A stretch of DNA of 64,000 nt from NCBI RefSeq assembly GCF_009914755.1, contig NC_060937.1. One strand, written 5' to 3'. The notes below the pieces were generated by a model that saw nothing but the letters and a program-made list of their open reading frames with translations, had not been told where the DNA came from and ran no database searches. Below, piece by piece: positions 40,548 through 55,191 of this stretch; the stretch's first letter is position 1; every line of letters starts with the position of its first letter. A program made the position numbers and the translations under genes. Source of the DNA: the human T2T-CHM13v2.0 reference genome, Homo sapiens.

Positions 40548-40849
40548 AGTATCTTCTGTAAGGGGCCTGTACTTGATTGGGGGAGACCATCAATTGGTTT
40601 AAAAAGCTAGTAATCTAATTTCAGATACAGTCAAGTATTGAAGCAGACAGGGCATGAGGAGTGGGGCTTCAGGAAAGTCTTCTTTTACCAGAGAGCTCAG
40701 CCAAGGCCCCTGGGAGGAGATGCCATCTCAGTGGAGAAACAAAGGGTGAGAAAAGGACATCCATGCAAAGCCAGAGCATTCCAAGAGAAAAAGGAGCAAA
40801 CACAGATGCCCAGAGATCTTAAAGTGCTGCATATATAATAAAACAGTGA

Positions 40850-41215
40850 TAACAACACGTTCTGTACTTATTGCTAATGTTTATTCTGCTTACTGCATGC
40901 TAGGCACTGTGTGCTAAGTAGTTAATCCTCATTATCTCATTTTGTTTTTCTTTTTATTGCTTCAAGAGACAGAGTCTTGCTATGTTGCCCAGGCTGAACT
41001 TGAACTCCTAGGCTCAAGTGATCCTCCTGCCTCAGCCTCCCGAGTAGCTGGGACCATAGGCGCACACTGCCTCCTGGCATTCTCATTCATTTTCCAAACT
41101 ATGTAAAAGACTTTACAGATGAGGAAACTGAGGCCAAAAGAAGTTCAATTACAGGCTTAGAGTCATCTAGGTTTTAGGTTTCGTATCTGAGATTTGAGCC
41201 CAGGCTCAAAGCCTA
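40850..41215 (-). mobile_element. MIR SINE interrupted by an Alu monomer
   Basis: GCTTACTGCATGCTAGGCACTGTG...TTTACAGATGAGGAAACTGAGGCC...GATTTGAGCCCAGG. Confidence 0.8.
40942..41078 (-). mobile_element. FLAM (Alu left monomer)
   Basis: GAGACAGAGTCTTGCTATGTTGCCCAGGCTG...AACTCCTAGGCTCAAGTGATCC; TSD-like TCTCATT on both sides. Confidence 0.88.
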
Positions 41216-42029
41216 GAGTCTAAAGCATTCCCCTCAAGCTAAACCTGGAGTTTTCTAGAAGAAAATTGTCATTGCCACCTTCAGGCCTGGTGAGCTTCTG
41301 AAAACTAAGTGAAGCTACAAAAGAGATGAGGCTGAGAGTGATCGTGGAGAAATAATAAGCACGTATATTTGGTCAAGCAAATATTACTTTGCAGTCTGTT
41401 AGCTACGGTTAAATATTTAACACCTTTGAAAGCTCAGGGTTGATGACATTTTCAAATTGTCAATTTCTGTTTACATTCGGGCAGTCTGCAGCATTACTGT
41501 GTTCAAAAACAGTTGGACTAGTCTTACTTTGCCTTAATTGAAAGGTTCATTCTTAACACCCAAAGCAGAAGTTGACGAATGTCGTCTAAACAAAAACAAA
41601 CCAATTTCAACAGAGTTTTAAAGTTACTTAGAGATATAGTGCTGTCAGAAAATAATTCTCTGAAAAGTCACAAAATTCTGCAGCATGACTCATTATTTGC
41701 AGACCGTTTTTGTAAGAAAATGATTGGCTTTTTAAAAATGTAGTGCTGTAGCCAGCAACAATAAACCCCCTTTGGAAAACACATGATTCGGTTTCATTTA
41801 CTTTTAAAGCCTTTTTTTTCCGTCTTTTTTTCTTTGTTTCTTTCTTTTTTTGGGGGGTGGGGGGGTGGTTTACATTTTTACTAAGCACTAGCCTGGAGAG
41901 AAACACCCAAGTATCTGTTCACTGAAAACTACATAAAAATAGTACAATCTAGGTAATCTCTCAATGTTGTACTTTACAAATATAGGGAGTAGAATTTCAT
42001 TATGTTAATAGTGTTATTATAATATAGCA

Positions 42030-42230
42030 GTAGTAATGATAGCTTACATGTATTCAACCCTTACTATGTGCTGGCGCAGTTCTAAACACTTTAACAACAG
42101 CTCTGAAATAGACACTAAGAACATCCTCATCTTACAGATGAAACTGCTGAGACTGAAAGTACTTAAATAACTTCCGCCAAACAGATGGGGACAAATTGCC
42201 AAGTGGCAGAGCTGGGATTTGAACCCACAC
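42030..42230 (-). mobile_element. MIR SINE
   Basis: CTTACTATGTGCTGGCGCAGTTCTAAACACTTTA...CATCTTACAGATGAAAC...GGCAGAGCTGGGATTTGAACCC. Confidence 0.85.
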
Positions 42231-42375
42231 TCTCTTTTTCCACCTCACTAAATTATCTCCAGAAGAGTGTCCATAGCATCTTCTTTTGAAACCCAGTATC
42301 ATACTGGGATAATGAACTGATATGATCCGGATCCATCAATACGTTTCTCTTAACTATCTTTTCAAGGTATGTTCA

Positions 42376-42412
42376 GAAAAAAAAAGAAAGAAAGAAGGAA
42401 AGAAAGAAAGAA
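42376..42412. repeat. A-rich/(GAAA)n simple repeat
   Basis: A run followed by GAAA/GGAA units. Confidence 0.8.
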
Positions 42413-45400
42413 TATATTTTCTTTTAAAGCCAGCACAAATGTATGCTTCTGCCCTTGGCTTCACTAGAAGAAGTTTGGAAACCTCCATATACTAGGCAAT
42501 TACTAAATCAATTATTATGCTTGGGTCTGTATCAACTTTGTAAATGACATAAAACATTTCATCAGGACATACCTTGTCCCTGTTAAACCATCAGATCCAT
42601 CCCATTCCCTGCTGACTGGTTTGCAGGCTTACAGAAACATCAGATGGCTGTGGCAATGAGTAGGATTTGGACCATCCTTCCACCAAATAATGACAAACTA
42701 TACGGAACAGTTGTGCTAATGTTATGATTAAGCACCCTTGCCCATCGACCAACCCCTGTCAGATTTCCTTATCCATAGAGATATCTCTAATAATAAAGGA
42801 TGGAACTTAAATCCACATCTGGTTGAGTTCAAATCCAGCAAATTCCAAAAAGGACATACTTCCCATTCCTCAATCTTCTGACCTCAGTCCTGTTATGTAA
42901 TTGAGTGTGGCTTCCTGGTTGCTAACCATGCTGTCATAATTGCCTAGCCATAGGTAAAAGGATCTCACACAGCGGTTGAAACAGGCGATCAAGCAAGTTT
43001 TAATTTAATTTCCCAAGCCCCGTCTCCTGTTTTCTTACGTTCTCCACTTTTCTGTGTTCTTATCTCTTCTATTCCTTCACTTCCTTGTTTTTCCTAACTC
43101 TTGTGCTTACTAGCAACATTAACTAAACCCAGCTAAGCCTTTCCATTTGCCCAGATAACTCTCCTAAACAGAGCAAATCACATCTACCCTTTTGCTCAGG
43201 CATTCCAGTGTGCTCTGACACTACTACTTTTTTGTTGCCAATGAGGTTTTTATTGTTTGCTTAACAAAATTATTTCATTAAGTGAATGGCTTTAGAGATT
43301 CATTTGGTTTTATTTTATTACTGGCTTGGGGAAAAGATAGCTTTTGTTAGGAGAATATGCCAAAAAGTAGAATCGGTACCTATGTAGACATTATTGTTAT
43401 GATTTATTTCCCTGTATAGTAATAACATTATTTTATAGGTTTACGTGAATACATTTAATTGCTGTCCTGAGAATTCCAAAGCTAATGTGTACAAGGGTTA
43501 TTGCTAATGCCTGGTGCATGCTGAATCAGTAAATTCCAGTCATTTGTGTATTTGTACCTACATATATCTATACATTATGTCTACATCTGTATCTGTGTCT
43601 ATTTGTATATGTATTTCTGAGACCAGCTAAGAGTTCCCTTTCATTAAATTTCTGTTGCCATATTAAAAGCTACTTTCTACTAAAATATATTAAGGGAAAA
43701 GCAAGTTATCAAGTCCACCGGACCTTCATTTATAACACCAGAAGAACACTCAGTGTAAGAGAGATCTTGAAAGAGGAGTCAAAGGTGAGCTTTTTCAATG
43801 CTGGTAATTAATCCTTGCTTTGCATAGGCTAATTGAGGGCAATTATTGAATACTTGATGTCATTTCATTTCCTAGCTGTCAATGGGATTACAGCCTGCTT
43901 TCCCTGCTAAATCTGTTAACCTCTGTGCTTTCTTTTGCTGGTAGAGGGATGTTCAAGATAGAGGGGCACCAAGAGCTTTGTTCTTTTTTGTGAATGTCAA
44001 TATTTTTCTTCAAAAGAATGTTGTTCTCCTTTGACAGATTTTTTTTCTCTTCCTAATATCTCTGTTAAGGCACAAAAAAAGAAGCAGCAACTTTCTGTTA
44101 CTGTTGGTACCAAAACGAAGAGAGTGAATTATAAGAGAGATTTCCTGGGTGGTCTGCCTTACTTTATAGACTAACTGGTGCTCAAATACATGCAAATACA
44201 CTCACTAACTTGTTCAGCAAATAGTTACTGAGTAGCTATTAAGTCATAGCATTGTGCTAAGTACTGGGGAGAGGTGAGAAAGGAGACATTAATTCTGCCT
44301 TTAAGCAGCTCAGAGACTACTTTTGAGGTTGAGGTGACATCAATGCACTTGCTTAGATACGGCCTTTGGCAAAACTGGTAATATTTTAGGTACCCACTTT
44401 CACCATTCTTGCACCTGTTGTTACACCAAGCTTCTATACCAGGACAAATTATTTATTTCACCATCCTTAATCCATTTAGCTAACTCTCCACCCTATCTCA
44501 CCTCTCAGCCCTACCCAGATAAATCCCATTCCAAGCAAATGGCTTATTTGGCAGTAGTTGAGCCCATACAGCCAAGTCTTTCCCATGGGAAAATATGTGG
44601 GAATGTGTGCCTTGAGTTTCTGGGTTGGCTGGATACATTTGCCTTGATGGCCAATGAGGTTATGGCCATGTTTTGCTTCCATCCAATAACTCAGAGAACT
44701 GTAGCCAATCCAAGTAGAACAAATCATTTTTCTTCTAAAAGATCATTGAGATAAACATTTCTGGATTATTTATTTGTTTGTTTAGTTTTGCTTAAATACT
44801 TGCCAATCTAGATTTTGCTGTATGTTTATAACTATCCTTTTATATTTTAAAAACATTTTATATTAATCTGCCAAATATAATTTTCTGTCACACACTGCTT
44901 TTCTTTCCAGTTTATTATTTATATCACTTTCTATGCCTATTCGTGTGTGTTTCTCGAGAGAAAGGACTGAGACTAATATCTTTACAAGCCTCTCAGAACT
45001 TAGTATTGCGGCTACCAGTGGAGGAGCTGAATACACTGGACTGAATTCACTGGGCTTTAATCAATGTTAATTACTATTTTTTGTATAAGAAAAATAATTT
45101 ACATCCAAAATAGCCTTCTAACATACTTGATGACAATCTAAATGAAGTTTGTTCCTTCAACTCATTCTGGTGTCTTTGTTAAAAATTATGGATTACTTAT
45201 TTATAATTCCATATTGAGACTACAGACAACTTGGAAAAATGATAAAAGCCTCAAAGTATCTATGGACCATTAGAGTATACAGTGAAGTTATAGTAATCCT
45301 GCAACTAGTTGCTGGGTGGCGTGCCCCTCCATTTCACTGTTATCCATCACAAAATCATGTGATCCGGGTTCTGTGATTCAATTTCAAAGAGATAGTTTGA

Positions 45401-46374
45401 TTATCTCCTGAAAACCTAAATGGCTTATGTTAGCGTCGTATGTGCTATATGCTATATCTGCCCCAGTTATCACTGTCTCTTTTTCATATGGGCCAGTTCT
45501 TTGTTCTTTTGTTCTTTGTTAGAGGCCACCTTTGTCCCCAATTTTTTTCAGAGGCACCACGCATGTACCTTAGAGCTTAATGTAGGGAAATGACACCCCA
45601 GGTCATCTGGTGAATGGGGAGACTCTTCCACTCTATAAAGAAAGACCATTCTGGATATTCCCTCATTTGTGTGCATATAAACCCCCTGGGACTGGAAGAT
45701 GCTACTCTTTTCCACTGGTGGAGTTTGTGGTGAAGAGTTGAGGACATTCTTTTTTTCCTTATGGATCCAAGGAATGTGAGTTATCTTACAAATAGAGAAC
45801 CAGACCCAATACACATAGAGATGAATACCTAGATCAGGAGAAGTGAGGCAAGAATAAGGCCAAAGTAGTCCAATAATTTTTAATTATACATGAAAGTCAT
45901 TAAGAAGTAATGAGGATGAAAACAAATATGGATTCAAGACCCGACAATTTAAAAAAAGCATTTTTTTCCGCAAACTGTGAAGAAAACACACCAGTCAACC
46001 TATAATTAAATATGTGTATTAGATTCATTTATTGAAAACCAAAAAAAATTTAAAAGCAAAAAAAAAAACATTGTTTTCCTTAAGAGAATATTGCCATAGG
46101 CTACACATATAGTCAATTATGTCCCACCATATTAGATGCTATTTGCTATTGTAAACAATTAGCTTAGCCATCATTGTGGATTTATTTTTTCCAATCTTTA
46201 CATCTTCAAATGACTCCTGGCTTAGTCAGTTTGTTAAAAATGGCATATAAAACAACCCCTAAAGCTTTCTCTAAACTGGTACACAGCATTCTTCATTATT
46301 AAACAGCTGGCACTCTAACTATATGAAATTTCATTAAATTAACCTTAATGACTTTATGGTTCACGATCACAAAA

Positions 46375-46376
<2 letters not shown>

Positions 46377-46420
<44 letters not shown>
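46377..46420. repeat. (CA)n microsatellite
   Basis: ~22 perfect AC units. Confidence 0.97.
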
Positions 46421-46425
<5 letters not shown>

Positions 46426-46785
46426 AAAATTTTAAGATGTAACTTCTATGCTTATCTAAGGTTACTCCTATTAAAGGTTTGACAATGTTAATGTTTAAAA
46501 CAAGTCATAGAATGATTCAACAATAATCTGCATTTTATTTTTAACTTTGAACATCTATTTTGGTCATTGCCTTTATGTTTCTTCATATTTATGCTTCCTG
46601 TGATAGTAAAAACTTATTCCTATAAAATGACTGATTTTATTTTTAATTTCTTTGAGCTTGTCTTTATTGACTGAAAATTTATTTTTTTGATTACCTACAT
46701 TGTGTAAAGTACTGTTATAGGCATAGCATAAAATGTTTAAGCCCCTATTTCCAAGGGTCTTACAGACTAAAAGAAATATATAATT

Positions 46786-47240
<455 letters not shown>

Positions 47241-47609
47241 TTACAGGCAGAACCAAAATATGGATTTTGTACACATCCAGGATCCTTTTCCCAGTATTTC
47301 TGTCCCTAGAGTTGGGGTCCTAAAAATTCCCTGTCAGAAGCATTTCAAATTGTTACTATATGAAATATAGAGAAGAGGAGCCTTTCAAAGGCCATTAGTG
47401 AAATCAGAAATGATTTTATGGGAGAGTTCCACAGATTAAGATAATGTGATCCTCTGAAAATGTCTGAGACTGTCTGAGCCATGATATTAGATGTAGCACA
47501 CAAAAGTCAGGGCTAATAGATAAAGAAAATATTTTATATGTACTTTTCTAACTATGTATATAGGTAAAATACCTATTAGGGTCAGCATCTTTTGAAAAAT
47601 TATATATGT

Positions 47610-48600
47610 ATAATTTTAATTGACAAAAATTATATGTTTATGTTGTACAATATGATGTTTGATATATGTATACATTGGAGGTGGCTAAATGAATTTTATT
47701 AGCATATGTATTATCATATATTTATTTTTGTTGGTAAGAACATTTAAAATCTACTTTTTTTAGCTATTTTCAAGTATACAGTATATTGTTCTTAATTACA
47801 GTCATCATGAGATACAACAGATCTCTTGAACTTACTCTAACTGAAATTTTCTACCCTTTGATCAACATATTCCCAATCCCCACACCCTCTAGCCTCTGAT
47901 AACCACCACTGCACTCTCTGCTTGTGGGTTCAGCATTTTTAGATTCCATGTATGTGTGAGATCACGTGATTTTTATCATTCTGTGCTTGGCCTATTTTAC
48001 TTAACGTAATGTCTTCTAGGTTCATCCATGTTGACCCATAAATGACAGCATTTTCTTGTTTTTCAAGGCTGAATACCATTTCATTTTCTATATATATCAC
48101 ATTTTCCTTATCCATTCATCGTTACTAGACACTTAAGTTGATTCCATATCTTGCCTGTTGCAAATAGTGCTGAAGTGAACATGGGTTGTGCGTACATCTC
48201 TTGTACTTGCTTATTTCATTTTCTTTGGATATTTATCCAATAGTGGGATTGCTGCATCATATAGTAGTTCGATTTTTGAGTTTTTGAAAAACCTCTATTC
48301 TGTTTTCCATAATGGCTGTATTAGTTTACATTCCCACCCAACATGTATAAGAATTCCTTTTTCTCCACATTTTTACCAACATTTGTTTTCTTTTGATTTG
48401 ATAACAGTCATCGTAACAAGTATGAAGCGATATCTCATGGATTTGATTTGCATTTACCTGATGATTAGTGATGTTGAGCACTTTTACATATACCTGTTGA
48501 CCATTTGTATGTCTTCTTTTAAGAAATATTTGTTTAGGTCCTTAGTTCCATTTTAAAAATCAAATTATATATATACATATATATATTTGCAGTTGAATTA
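47610..48600 (-). mobile_element. L1MA 3' region (~1 kb)
   Basis: TTTTAATTGACAAAAATT...AGAACATTTAAAATCTAC...TAGGTTCATCCATGTTG...GTTTTCCATAATGGCTGTA...GATGATTAGTGATGTTGAGC. Confidence 0.92.
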
Positions 48601-48626
48601 TTATGGCACTAGGATTCTGGGTAATA

Positions 48627-49342
48627 TTTATTTATTATTTTCTTTAAGTTCTGGGTACATGAACAGAATGTGCAGGTTTGTTACATAAGTAAAGGTATGC
48701 CATGGTGGTTTGCTGCACCTATCAATCCATCACCTAGGTATTAAGCCCTGCATGCATTAGCTATGCTGCCCTTCCCCAACAGGCCCCAGTGTGTGTCGTT
48801 CCCACTGTGTGTCCATGTGTTCTCATTGTTAAGCTCCCTCTTATAAGTGAGAACATACAGTGTTTAGTTTTCTCTTCCTCTGTTAGTTTGCTGAGGTTAA
48901 TGGCTTCCGGCTTCATCCATGTCTGCAAAGGACATGATCTTGTTCCTTTTTATGGCTGCATAGTATTCCATGGTGTATACACACATTTTTATTTTTATCC
49001 AATCTATCATTGATGGGCATTTGGGCTGATTCCATGTCTTTGCTATTGTGCATAGTGCTGTAAGGAAGATATGTGTGCATCTATCGTTATAATAGAATGA
49101 TTTATATTCCTTTGGGTATATACCCAGTAATGAGATTGCTGGGTCAGATGGTATTTCTGGTTCTAGATCATTGAGGAATCACCACACTGTCTTCTACAGT
49201 GATTGAACTAAATTTACCCTCCCACCAACAGTGTAAAAGCGTTCCTGTTTCTCTGCAACCTCACCAGCATCTGTTGTTTCTTGACTTTTTAATAATCGCC
49301 ATTCTGACTGGGGTGAGATTATTGTATCTCACTGTGGTTTTG
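48627..49342 (-). mobile_element. L1PA (about PA7-PA10) 3' region
   Basis: TTTAAGTTCTGGGTACATG...GCAGGTTTGTTACATA...CCATGGTGGTTTGCTGCACCTATCAA...CCCACCAACAGTGTAAAAGCGTTCC. Confidence 0.92.
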
Positions 49343-49344
49343 AG

Positions 49345-49357
49345 ATCTATCTATCTG

Positions 49358-49388
<31 letters not shown>
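49345..49388. repeat. (TCTA)n tetranucleotide STR
   Basis: ~11 TCTA units with one TCTG variant, at the L1PA truncation point. Confidence 0.95.
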
Positions 49389-49389
<1 letters not shown>

Positions 49390-49549
49390 AATAAGAGAGA
49401 AAGTATACAGAGTAATATAATAAATTTCCATGGAGCCACCACCCATCACTGTTATTCTCTGAAGAGTCACATGAAATATTCCAACCTATACTGGAACCCC
49501 CATCTTCTCCTACCATCATATCCTATCATGCAGCCTACACTGCAGTCTA

Positions 49550-49920
49550 CGTACTTCTCTCCCAACCTACTGAACATATTTATGCTTCTGTGCTTTACTG
49601 ATTCTGTTCCCTCTCCTAGAATAATCTTGCTGTTTATGTGAAAGTCATTCATTCTTCAAAATTTTTTCAAATGCCCATGTAGAATTGCCTTCACCTCTTT
49701 GTTCCTATAGAATTTAGTTAATACCAAAAAATAAAAGGTAGAGATTATAACGTCATGTAATATGTAGTTATAAAATGTTATAAATGTTTCAGGGTCCTTC
49801 ATTTTACTACACAGTCCTACAGAAGAAGGAGCATATCTATTCTTCACTGCAGTGTCCCTATGCCTAAGGTACTGCTATGTACATAAAGCAGTACCTATAC
49901 AGTGAATATTTAATGAAATC
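49550..49920 (+). mobile_element. L2 3' fragment
   Basis: CTGTTCCCTCTCCTAGAATAATCTT...TCTATTCTTCACTGCAGTGTCCCTATGCCTA. Confidence 0.55.
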
Positions 49921-51143
49921 AAGAAGAGATAATCAGAGGCAGGGTGGGGGTATGGATTGAACTTGATTGACAGATAAAATAATAAGCTTTATTCATGACC
50001 AAGACAGACAGGTTGTCTGGGGTTTGAGAACTATTAGAAATAGTATCTTCCTGGAGTCCAGCTCACAGAGCAAGGAGACATGAATATTTCCCTGTAGTTA
50101 CTGGATCAGAACAACCTGCACAGATTTACTGGCAATTGTTTTCTTCCTTCTATCCAAACAATTCTACACTACTAGGGCCCCTGAGCAAACAGAGATGTAG
50201 GGAAATTTCTGTTTATGTAATGTACTCCAGCTGAGTAGGCATTTTCCAAACCCCTTCCTCAAAAACATGGATTTTACACCCATGGCTCTGCTCACACTAA
50301 CTCCCCACTAAAGCACCTAGCCTTCAGCTTATTTCTCAGATGCAGAAGTACATTTCTAAGGCCGAGGTTTATTGGAGTTTCCTGTTACCTATTTTAGAAT
50401 CCCATCGCTGAAACCTCTTGTCTACTTCCAACTGTTGGGTGTCTTTAAAAGAAGTGGCCTGTAATTTTATGTATGCTTGAAGAGAAATTCTCAAAGTTGC
50501 TTAAAATCCATGTTTGAACTTCCTTGTAAATTGAAATTATAGTCCAATCAATGATTATTTTTCCCATGAAATGAATGGCTGATTGTGATATGGTGCCTCA
50601 ACACATGTACAAATAACCACAGCTGAGACACAGATTGTGTCTAAATGCTATGGGGTTTCAGAAGAGGCAGTGCTTCTTGGAGGATGTTAAGTTTAATTTG
50701 AACTTTGTATAATAGATAAATTGAATTTAAATGGAAGTAGCAACACACCTGGAAAAACTTCAAAAGAAGTTGACAGGAATAAAAAGGAATATATATTTAA
50801 GAAAAGGAAGTAATCTCATTCCCCAAGGAAAAGATTTTAGAGGCATTAACTAAGTCCCTTAACTAACAAGGTGGCATTCATTTCAAGAAGAAAAAGGGCA
50901 CATTTCACTGGGAAGCCAGTGATTAAACTGCTAAAATTACGATTCTAGGTGACAAATCTGGCAGCGTCAGAAAACTAGAAAAAAGGGAATTATTTCAAAG
51001 GTTTTTGATTATCCAGACATGAGAGATAAGGGCCTATATTAAAGCAGAAGGAAAGAAATATACTATAGAGAATATGATAAATGAGGTAGAAAAGAAGAGT
51101 ATAGTCTTTCAAAAACTTCTGTAAGTTTTGAAAATGGATCACA

Positions 51144-51315
51144 TTGGCTCTCAAAATTGGTTATGTGTAATTATCATCTGGGAAATTTTTGAAAAGACCT
51201 ATAGCCATGGTAATGTTTCTGAAGGCCTAGGGTGGGGCTTATGGTTGATATTTTAAGTAAATGGCTCAATTGTTTCTGACACAGATGGTACGTAGATCAC
51301 GATTTGAGAAGCATC
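51144..51315. mobile_element. MER5-family hAT MITE
   Basis: GGCTCTCAAAATTGG...TCATCTGGG...CTAGGGTGGGGC...TTTGAGAAGCA. Confidence 0.65.
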
Positions 51316-51463
51316 AATTTCGTAGATAGCTGGAGAAGGAAAGAAAAGCAAGGTACTGGGGAACTATCAAACAGCTGTTCTGTGCAGTTTGCTATGGCCA
51401 TTGTTTTCTGGTTTTAAACTTTATTCACTAGACATTTGTTAATTTAATATTTTAGAAAACATA

Positions 51464-51752
<289 letters not shown>

Positions 51753-53035
51753 GAAGGGACTCATCAATATATTTTGAAAAGGAATGGTAATGAGAGTAAA
51801 ACTTGTCTGTTAACATACATTAAAATGATAGAAGAATTTTAGGAAAGTCTAGAGTTCTCAGGTGACTTAAGGCCTCCTTGGTCAGTGTGGACGCCAAACA
51901 CTCAGATGTTATTTTCAAAACCATAAGATTAGATAAAAGAAGACAGAGAGGAAGACTAGAAAAGAGCTAAAGACAAAACAGCAACAACCTTCCCAACCAT
52001 GGAGACAGCAGGAGAAGTGTAATGAAGCGAAAACACTGTCCACTGGAACTTCCAGACAGTTTGCATCAGGATATTCCCAGGAAGCAAAGTTAGAGGAGTT
52101 TCACTACTCCCTGTAGCTTGTTTTATTTGTTTCTTGTACAAAACCTCTAGGCTTTTGGTAGTCATGATATTTCTTACTATTATGACTATCGTTTTATTAA
52201 AATGCTACATTAAGTATAAAAATAACATATTGTTCATATAAGCGTCTTCTCTGAGTGGTCATGATTACAATATTCTCTTCCACTTTGTGCTAATGAAATG
52301 ACCTAAGCTATTAGGACATACACAGCTACTATACATGGCCAGCCAGTCAGCTGTAAAATTTCCAGTTGAAAAAAAAAAAACCATTTTTGTGAACCATTAA
52401 AATGCAATAAATTGTTTGACGACTGAAAACTTGTTTCAGTCCAACATAAAAGTTAATAAAATTATTTAAATACACACAGTTGAAAAACAGTTTTAAAATA
52501 TTTTGCATCCTGTGACTAAGCACCTAGAGTATATTTGAACAAAAAATTATATATATATGCAGAAGAAGAAGAGGTTAATAAAGACTATCAGTGAAACCAG
52601 AACTCAGCTTAGTAAGTGGCACAAAACTAGTCTTTGCATTTAGAAAAATGTGATATTATTTTCAACCCGCTGAGCCTATTATGTCTGCATCTCCTCAGAT
52701 TTTTACATGGCCTTGAGCAATTTGGGCTGGAGCCAGCTATAACAGTATTATTTCAGCAAATCACTTCCTATTGTTGTACATTTTAAGGATGTACTGAAAG
52801 GTACTTTCAAGTCTGAAAACATCAACTGATCACACAGCAATGATATCTCATTTACAAGGCCTTTATGTAGCCACAAACTGTTTTCTTTAACAGTTCCACT
52901 ATCTCGGAAATAGTTATAAACATGAACTACTCTATTGCCACATTTTTAAAAAAGCTGTGCCATTTACCTAAACCATGAACAATGTCATGTGCTTTAAATT
53001 CTCCCTAAAATAAACAAATACTACTTTCCGTATGA

Positions 53036-53258
53036 CAGGGGTTGGCAAATTTCTCTGTACAGAGCAGAGGGTAAATATTTTCTGCTTTGTGGGACCATAG
53101 GGTCTCTGTTATGACTATTCAGCTCTGCCATTAAAGCATGAAAGCAGCCACAGACAATGTGCACAGGAATGTGTGAACCTCTGTTCCAATAAAACCTTAT
53201 TTATAAAAACGGGCAATGGGCCAGATTTGGCCTTCAGTCCATAGTTTGCTATCCCCTG
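53036..53258. mobile_element. MER58A hAT-Charlie MITE
   Basis: TIRs CAGGGGTTGGCAAA ... TTTGCTATCCCCTG, 223 bp, characteristic interior. Confidence 0.88.
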
Positions 53259-53324
53259 TTCTATAGGATTCTTTTTCTACCATGTCAGTAATGTGAATAT
53301 GCTTGTGATCTAACACACTGAATT

Positions 53325-53615
53325 ATTTTTATGTTTATTTTTATTGATACGTATTAGATGTATATATGTTCAGGTACATGTGATAATTTGACATCTTCAT
53401 TAATAAAATTAGGGTCATTGGGATATCCATCACCTTAAATATTTATCTTTTCCTTTTTGCTAGGAACAGTTGATTTATTCTCTTCTAGCTACTTTTAAAT
53501 ATACACTACATTAATGTTAGCTATTATCACCCTTCTGATCTATCAAACACCAGATCTTATTTCTTCTAAATGTATATTTGTACCTGTTAAACAACCTCTT
53601 TTATCCCCTCACTAT
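53325..53615 (-). mobile_element. L1MA 3' end fragment
   Basis: GGTACATGTGATAATTTGA...GGGATATCCATCACCTTAAA...TTCTCTTCTAGCTA...CTATCAAACACCAGATCTTATT. Confidence 0.85.
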
Positions 53616-53848
53616 CTTTTAGCATGTTGAATTATGTCCCATACTCTTAATTTTGAAACCAGGACAGTCACTTGTCCCAACTCAAGTTATGAACAGTGCC
53701 TAATTTTGAGACATTCATTGCAGAAGTGAAATGGATATGTAGAGCTGCCAGAGATTAGGAAATCACTGAGAAATTTTTTAAGATGTAGGTTATAGATTGA
53801 TAGATTACTCATTCTAGTAAGTAACAATGGAGTGTAGTATATCACAAC

Positions 53849-54235
53849 TATCTAAGTTTGTTTATACTGCTATAATAGAACACCATAAACTAGGTAATTT
53901 ACAAATATCACAAATATTTAATCACAGTTCTAGAGGGTGGGAAGTCCAAGATCAAGGAGCCGGTAGGTACGATTGTCTGGTGAAGGCTGCTCTCTGCTTC
54001 CAATATGGTGCGTTGATACTGCATCTTCTGGAGGGTAAGAATGCTATGTCCTTACACAGCAGAAGGCTCAAGGGCAGGAGAGTCCAGTGCTGTGTGAAGC
54101 CTCTTTTATAGGGGCCTTTATCTTATTCACAAGAAAGGAGACCTCATGGCCTAATCACCTCTTAAATGTCCTGCCTCTTAATATTTCACATTGGCAATAC
54201 CTGAATTCTGGAGGGGACACATTCAAACCACAGCG
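53849..54235 (-). mobile_element. MaLR solo LTR (MLT1A/MSTD-type)
   Basis: CTGCTATAATAGAACACCATAAACTAGG...CACAGTTCTAGAGG...GAAGTCCAAGATCAAGG...CCTAATCACCTC...ACACATTCAAACCACAGC. Confidence 0.9.
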
Positions 54236-54300
54236 TACCACAAGTGGCATTTGGAAAGAAAAGGTTTTCTGAAATGCCCTATTCTGTTCATTGTTCACTC

Positions 54301-54303
<3 letters not shown>

Positions 54304-54335
<32 letters not shown>
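54304..54335. repeat. (CA)n microsatellite
   Basis: ~16 AC units. Confidence 0.95.
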
Positions 54336-54337
<2 letters not shown>

Positions 54338-54489
54338 TGTCTGCTTGACAAAATCTCTTTTATCCTTCAGATTGCTTTTTGTGTAAACCTCCCACTCAGA
54401 CGAAGTGAAATACCTCCCAAGTGCATTGATTTCTGTTTGCAGTTACAACGCCACATTGTACTTATTTGATTACATGTCAGTGACTAAGA

Positions 54490-55060
54490 CAGAGAGGCTG
54501 AGGGCATGGTAAGCAGGTAGGCAGGGCCAGAGATCCAGAAGGGTTTTGTGTACTGTGTTAGACAGGCTATATTAAGCCAAGAGCAGTGGAAACCATTGCA
54601 GAGAATCAAGCATAAAAAATATGCATCAGATCAATGTTTTAGAAAAACAGCAAGACAACTGCATGGAGAATGAATTATAGGGGGATTAAGTAAAAAAGGG
54701 AAAATTGGTAGGATATTATTTAGTGATCCAGAGAAAGATGATGGTGGTTTGAACCAGGAGAGTAGCAGGCAAGATAGAGAGAAGTATTGAGATTCAGGTT
54801 TTATTTTGGAGGTTGCACCCATAGCATTTCTAGTGGATTGGATGTGAGAGAAGGAAAAGAAAAAAATCAAGGATAGCATCAAGGTGTTTGCTTTAAACTG
54901 GGATGATAATGTTACCATATGCAGGGGATGACACTCATGTCTGAAAGAGAAAATAAGAGCTCTGCTTCGTCTCTTTTATTTGAAATGACTAATTGCTGAG
55001 GATATCAAGTAGCCAGTTGGCTCTAAGAATACAGGTTAGAAAATGAGTCAGAGCAGAAGA
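54490..55060 (-). mobile_element. L2 LINE fragment
   Basis: Purine-rich: GATGATGGTGGTTTGAACCAGG...TTTATTTTGGAGGT...GGATTGGATGTGAGAG...GATATCAAGTAGCCAGTTGG. Confidence 0.8.
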
Positions 55061-55191
55061 TATTAGTGTTCTACACTGTCTGGGGTTGTCAATAATCCGT
55101 GAGGATTTCCTATGTATATACCTGATCCTACACCATCACTGTTAAGGTAGTAAAAGAATAATGATGTGGCTCCTACTCTCCAGGAAGGTCA

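Noticed and set aside
42292-42308. CCCAGTAT-C-ATACTGGG inverted repeat
   Set aside because: 8-bp arms are within chance expectation
48188-49390. ORFs of 122, 74 and 63 aa
   Set aside because: Antisense translations of L1 3' sequence and an STR
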